Positions 16,733 through 20,000 of a stretch of DNA of 20,000 nucleotides are shown here, in pieces. Origin of the DNA: an uncultured virus (IMG/VR IMGVR_UViG_3300046713_000279) (taxonomy: Duplodnaviria; Heunggongvirae; Uroviricota; Caudoviricetes). The notes below the pieces were generated by a model, which saw nothing but the letters and a program-made list of their open reading frames with translations, was not told the origin of the DNA and ran no database searches. The position numbers and the translations under genes were made by a program. The stretch lies in the IMG/VR virus record IMGVR_UViG_3300046713_000279; one strand, given 5' to 3'. Each line of letters opens with the position of its first letter. Position 1 is the first letter of the stretch.

Positions 16733-17118
16733 GGAACTACGGCTACACCTACCGCGGCGGCCCGCTCATCCAGTGGGGCCACGGGACGCCCGTCCAGTCC
16801 AAGGCAGCCGACGCGCAGTCGCTCGGCTCGCTCGAGGAGTCGACGCTTTCGACGCCCACGCTCTACGGCGCGACCATCCTGCCGGCCCCGGGCGCCCCCG
16901 AGCCGATCGGCGTGTCCAACCAGCGCATGCAGGCCATGGGGGACACCGCCATGCAGGCGATGGGCGGATGCAGCTGCAGCGGGACCTGTGGGTGCGGGAC
17001 GCCCGCCGCAGCAACCGCTGCGCTCTCGGGCATCGCGGACTCGGTGCCGGGTGGCTGGGTCACGCTGGGAGTGGGGGCGTTCCTGGTGTGGCACTTCATG
17101 AAGAAGCGGAGGCGGTGA
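16729..17118 (+). CDS. putative virion membrane protein with CSCSGTCGC motif and TM-KKRRR end, 129 aa
   Basis: GGAG RBS, strong GC3 bias. Confidence 0.85.
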   Translation: MRNYGYTYRGGPLIQWGHGTPVQSKAADAQSLGSLEESTLSTPTLYGATILPAPGAPEPIGVSNQRMQAMGDTAMQAMGGCSCSGTCGCGTPAAATAALSGIADSVPGGWVTLGVGAFLVWHFMKKRRR

Positions 17119-17411
17119 TGCCACGCTGGGTTGTACTGCTCAACGGCGACAGGTCGCAGCGAATGGTCCGTCCCAGAGACGGAACGTTCACGGGTCTGTT
17201 CGCAGCACTGGCCGCTGGTGGTGGTGCATGGGAGACGGTGGCCGAGTTCAGCGCCGACGCGGCCGATGAACAGGAGCGCATCATCGATTTGCTCGCGCCT
17301 TACAATGGCGAGCCGGGGAGATGCGGGTTCAGACGTCCCAGCATCGCGGATATCGACGAGGGCGAGATCCTGAGACACCAGATCGTCATTCCATCACAAG
17401 CCTGCGCCTGA
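17118..17411 (+). CDS. hypothetical protein, 97 aa
   Basis: GGAGG plus TGATG coupling; fills the gap between structural-like genes. Confidence 0.65.
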   Translation: MPRWVVLLNGDRSQRMVRPRDGTFTGLFAALAAGGGAWETVAEFSADAADEQERIIDLLAPYNGEPGRCGFRRPSIADIDEGEILRHQIVIPSQACA

Positions 17412-17415
17412 CCCC

Positions 17416-17706
17416 ATGCGCTACTCGGTCTACAACTACGATCGGCACGCCTACGACTACTACGAGGCCCCGGGCGCCGGCGGAACCCACGCCGGATCGC
17501 CGCCCGTGCCTCGATCGATGGGCGAGATCGGCGCGCCGGTCGAGCGCGCCGCCTGGAAACTCCCGGCCACCGCCAGGAAGGTGGGCACGGGGTTCCTGCC
17601 CCAGGGCAGGATCGCCAGCCTGGGGGGTGCGGACGCCTCCTGGGACCCCGCCACGCTCATGGCCTACGCGGCCATCGCCTACGTCGCATGGAGGATCGTT
17701 CGATGA
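17416..17706 (+). CDS. small protein with Tyr-rich N-terminus and C-terminal TM, 96 aa
   Basis: GC3 bias; LMAYAAIAYVAW-RIVR. Confidence 0.82.
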   Translation: MRYSVYNYDRHAYDYYEAPGAGGTHAGSPPVPRSMGEIGAPVERAAWKLPATARKVGTGFLPQGRIASLGGADASWDPATLMAYAAIAYVAWRIVR

Positions 17707-18416
17707 CCTACCTCGTGAAGTCCTCACCGCGTCACCGCTACGTCAAGCGCCGATTGTCCGGGCTGTCGGGACTCCTGGATCCGATCCTTCCAGGCCCATC
17801 GCCCGAATCGGTGTGCCTGGCGCAGGCCAACGCCGCCACGGCGCCGTTCGACGCCAAGGTCAACGACCTCGCCCAGAACTGGACCCCCAGCGGGTTCTAC
17901 ACGTCCGACGACATCCGGTCGATCGTCGGGTCGGTCATGACGACGATCGCACAAGGGCAAGCGCTGGTCGACCAGGCCGCCAAGGAGCCCAACGCCTCGC
18001 AGGACAGCGTCATGCGGGCAACGGACGACCTGGCTAACGCCGGCAAGAGGTCGCTCGACTACCTCCAGGCGGCCACGCAAGCCGACGCGCAGGGCACCCG
18101 CGTCATCAACGCGGTGGGTCTGAAGCGGTGGGTTACGGACTCGCTGGGGTCCGCGAGTTCGGCGATGACGACCGCCGCGGTCATTGGCTGCATCACCCCC
18201 TGGTGGGTCGGCGCGTTGGCGGCATTCCAGTCGGTGTTCGACAAGGCATGGGCGGTGGTCAAAGCAGTCGTCGGCACCGCGCTCCAGATCGGCGAGGATG
18301 TTCTCAAGGTCGCGTCCAATCTTGACGAGATCTACAACGTCCTCAAGTGGGGCGCGCTCGCCCTCGGTGCCTACTGGCTGTGGACCGAGGTCGTGGAGCC
18401 CAAGATCCAGCGATGA
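17703..18416 (+). CDS. helical putative virion protein with C-terminal TM, 237 aa
   Basis: GGAGG RBS, ATGA overlaps; VLKWGALALGAYWLW. Confidence 0.85.
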   Translation: MTYLVKSSPRHRYVKRRLSGLSGLLDPILPGPSPESVCLAQANAATAPFDAKVNDLAQNWTPSGFYTSDDIRSIVGSVMTTIAQGQALVDQAAKEPNASQDSVMRATDDLANAGKRSLDYLQAATQADAQGTRVINAVGLKRWVTDSLGSASSAMTTAAVIGCITPWWVGALAAFQSVFDKAWAVVKAVVGTALQIGEDVLKVASNLDEIYNVLKWGALALGAYWLWTEVVEPKIQR

Positions 18417-18931
18417 CGCGCAGGGCTCACAGCGAGGCCGCCCAGCAGGCGGTGGCCAAATACAAGGAGTTCCACCGCTATGACCCGCGTCAGATCGGTA
18501 ACTTTCCAGCGTCATTCCGCGTCCCCGATCGGGTGTACCGCGCGGGGCAGGCGAAGTTTGTCACCTACCGCTCAGGCAAGGTCGACCCGGAGACGCTCAA
18601 GAAGCCCTCTCACCCTGTCAACTACATCCACGAGCACGACTCGGGCGTGATGTGCTACCTGCACAACCGCACCGCCTACGGCGAGGGCGCGGAGGTCGAC
18701 GTGCCCCGGAAGTTCATCGAGGTGCCGGCGCTGACCCGGCTCGGCTACTGCCTGGGGTTCTGCTTCGAGGAAGATGGCGATCCGTGCGAGGTCGAGGGGC
18801 GCGAGCCGCTGCCCGACCTCTACACCACCCCGGACGGCAAGTGCTTGCTGGTGATCCAGTCCCGGAAGAAGGTCCTGGCCATGATGTGGGGCGGCGCGCT
18901 AGGGGTGTTCGCGCGCGGAATCGATGGGTGA
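18413..18931 (+). CDS. soluble hypothetical viral protein (YKEFH...YIHEH motifs), 172 aa
   Basis: ATGA overlap, GC3 bias. Confidence 0.85.
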   Translation: MTRRAHSEAAQQAVAKYKEFHRYDPRQIGNFPASFRVPDRVYRAGQAKFVTYRSGKVDPETLKKPSHPVNYIHEHDSGVMCYLHNRTAYGEGAEVDVPRKFIEVPALTRLGYCLGFCFEEDGDPCEVEGREPLPDLYTTPDGKCLLVIQSRKKVLAMMWGGALGVFARGIDG

Positions 18932-18934
18932 ACC

Positions 18935-19342
18935 ATGCCTGCCGAGCCCTCCCTCCCGACCTCCCTGGCGCCGCTCCTGATCGCCACCATCCTGGCGTTG
19001 GCCGGGGTGATCGCCTACCTCTTCCGCTACTACTCCAAGCGGGCAGAGGATCACGGCAGGGAGCGCGAGGCCTGGGCCAGAGAGCGGGAGGCGTGGGGGG
19101 CCGAGCGAGTGCGCCTCGAGCGCTTCCACGTCGAACTCCGCGCCGAGTACGAGTCGAAGTATCACGAGACCCTGACCACGCTCTACAAGGAAGCCAGGGA
19201 GAACGAGGCCGCCGCCCGGCGCGAGTACGCCGAGAACATGGACAGCGTCGCCCAGAAGGCGGCAGAGGCATCAGCCAGAGTCGCGACGGTCATGGACAAG
19301 ATGTACGACTACCTGATCCGACCGCGCAGAACCCCACAGTGA
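18935..19342 (+). CDS. N-terminal TM plus coiled-coil protein (holin-like topology, function unproven), 135 aa
   Basis: LAPLLIATILALAGVIAYLF followed by an E/R/A-rich helix. Confidence 0.82.
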   Translation: MPAEPSLPTSLAPLLIATILALAGVIAYLFRYYSKRAEDHGREREAWAREREAWGAERVRLERFHVELRAEYESKYHETLTTLYKEARENEAAARREYAENMDSVAQKAAEASARVATVMDKMYDYLIRPRRTPQ

Positions 19343-19354
19343 AGGAGATGGGTC

Positions 19355-19591
19355 ATGGCACGAAGGAAATTTCCCGAGGGTAGTGGCATCACGAATGCTC
19401 AGGTGGAGTCGGCGTGTCTCCGGGCGATCGACTCGTGCTTGTCGGTAGCAAGGTCCGCCGACCGGCTGGGCACCGAGCTCGATCACATGACGCCGCTGCC
19501 TGGCTCCGGGATCATCCGCCTACCGGTTGACGATGATGACAGCCTGATGGTGGCCGTGAAGGAGGCCAGGGTGTCTGCCGGTAAGCCATGA
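19355..19591 (+). CDS. hypothetical protein, 78 aa
   Basis: AAGGAG-N7-ATG. Confidence 0.75.
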   Translation: MARRKFPEGSGITNAQVESACLRAIDSCLSVARSADRLGTELDHMTPLPGSGIIRLPVDDDDSLMVAVKEARVSAGKP

Positions 19592-19674
19592 ACGTGCTAC
19601 ATTGAGCGTTCCACTGGCAAGAAACTGAAAATGGGGGGTTGACTTAAGTTGACGAGCGGCGCGGTGTCGATCTC

Positions 19675-20000
19675 GTGCCCATCCTCTTCGTCAACGGCAA
19701 GCGTCGCGGGTTGCGGATCCGTGGTCGAGCGGCGGTGACGGCCTTCAGGCGGCGGAAGCGCCATGCCATGTCCGCAGCGGCAGCCCGGGGGAAGGTCAAG
19801 CGAGTACGCCGTGCGCTCGAGGCCGACCTCAAGAAGCGGTACCCATCGGCGGTGAGCAACCCGGCGACACGCAGGCGACGAAACCCGGCCCCTCTGATGC
19901 CACTCACGCATCAAGGTGTGCGGGATCTTCGACCGGGCGCGAGCGTCCGTAAGCGCAAGGGATCTCGGTGGGGGCGACGAAACCCGGCCCGCAAGCCCAA
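19675..20000 (+). CDS. Arg/Lys-rich protein with NP repeats, truncated by the window end
   Basis: open from GTG 19675 to the end (absent from ORF track): VPILFVNGKRRGLRIRG...VSNPATRRRRNPAP...WGRRNPARKP. Confidence 0.65.
   Translation, partial: MPILFVNGKRRGLRIRGRAAVTAFRRRKRHAMSAAAARGKVKRVRRALEADLKKRYPSAVSNPATRRRRNPAPLMPLTHQGVRDLRPGASVRKRKGSRWGRRNPARKP

Overview
GC-rich virus/provirus segment with two divergent arms. The left arm (1-5509, minus strand) is a run of about 16 small, translationally coupled hypothetical genes, driven by a likely leaderless sigma70-type promoter next to a palindrome-rich non-coding region. The right arm (5893-20000, plus strand) carries a Zn-finger protein, an acidic protein, a 570-aa coiled-coil protein and a transglutaminase-like Cys-His-Asp enzyme. 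These are followed by a series of tail-anchored membrane proteins (two with peptidoglycan-binding-like domains) and an Arg-rich RRNP-repeat protein that runs off the window. This gene set suggests a tailless, membrane-containing virus, but no capsid, packaging ATPase, integrase or replication gene is recognisable here, so the assignment is inference. The region 8695-12511 is rearranged: two different alleles of the interval between the coiled-coil gene and the transglutaminase-like gene sit in tandem, joined at a GGCCTGG microhomology. Allele 1 contains a 2.27-kb transposase-less element with terminal inverted repeats, a 9-bp target duplication and periodic sub-terminal motifs. Both alleles carry a diverged module made of a promoter, a structured RNA candidate and an opposite-strand 23-aa peptide.
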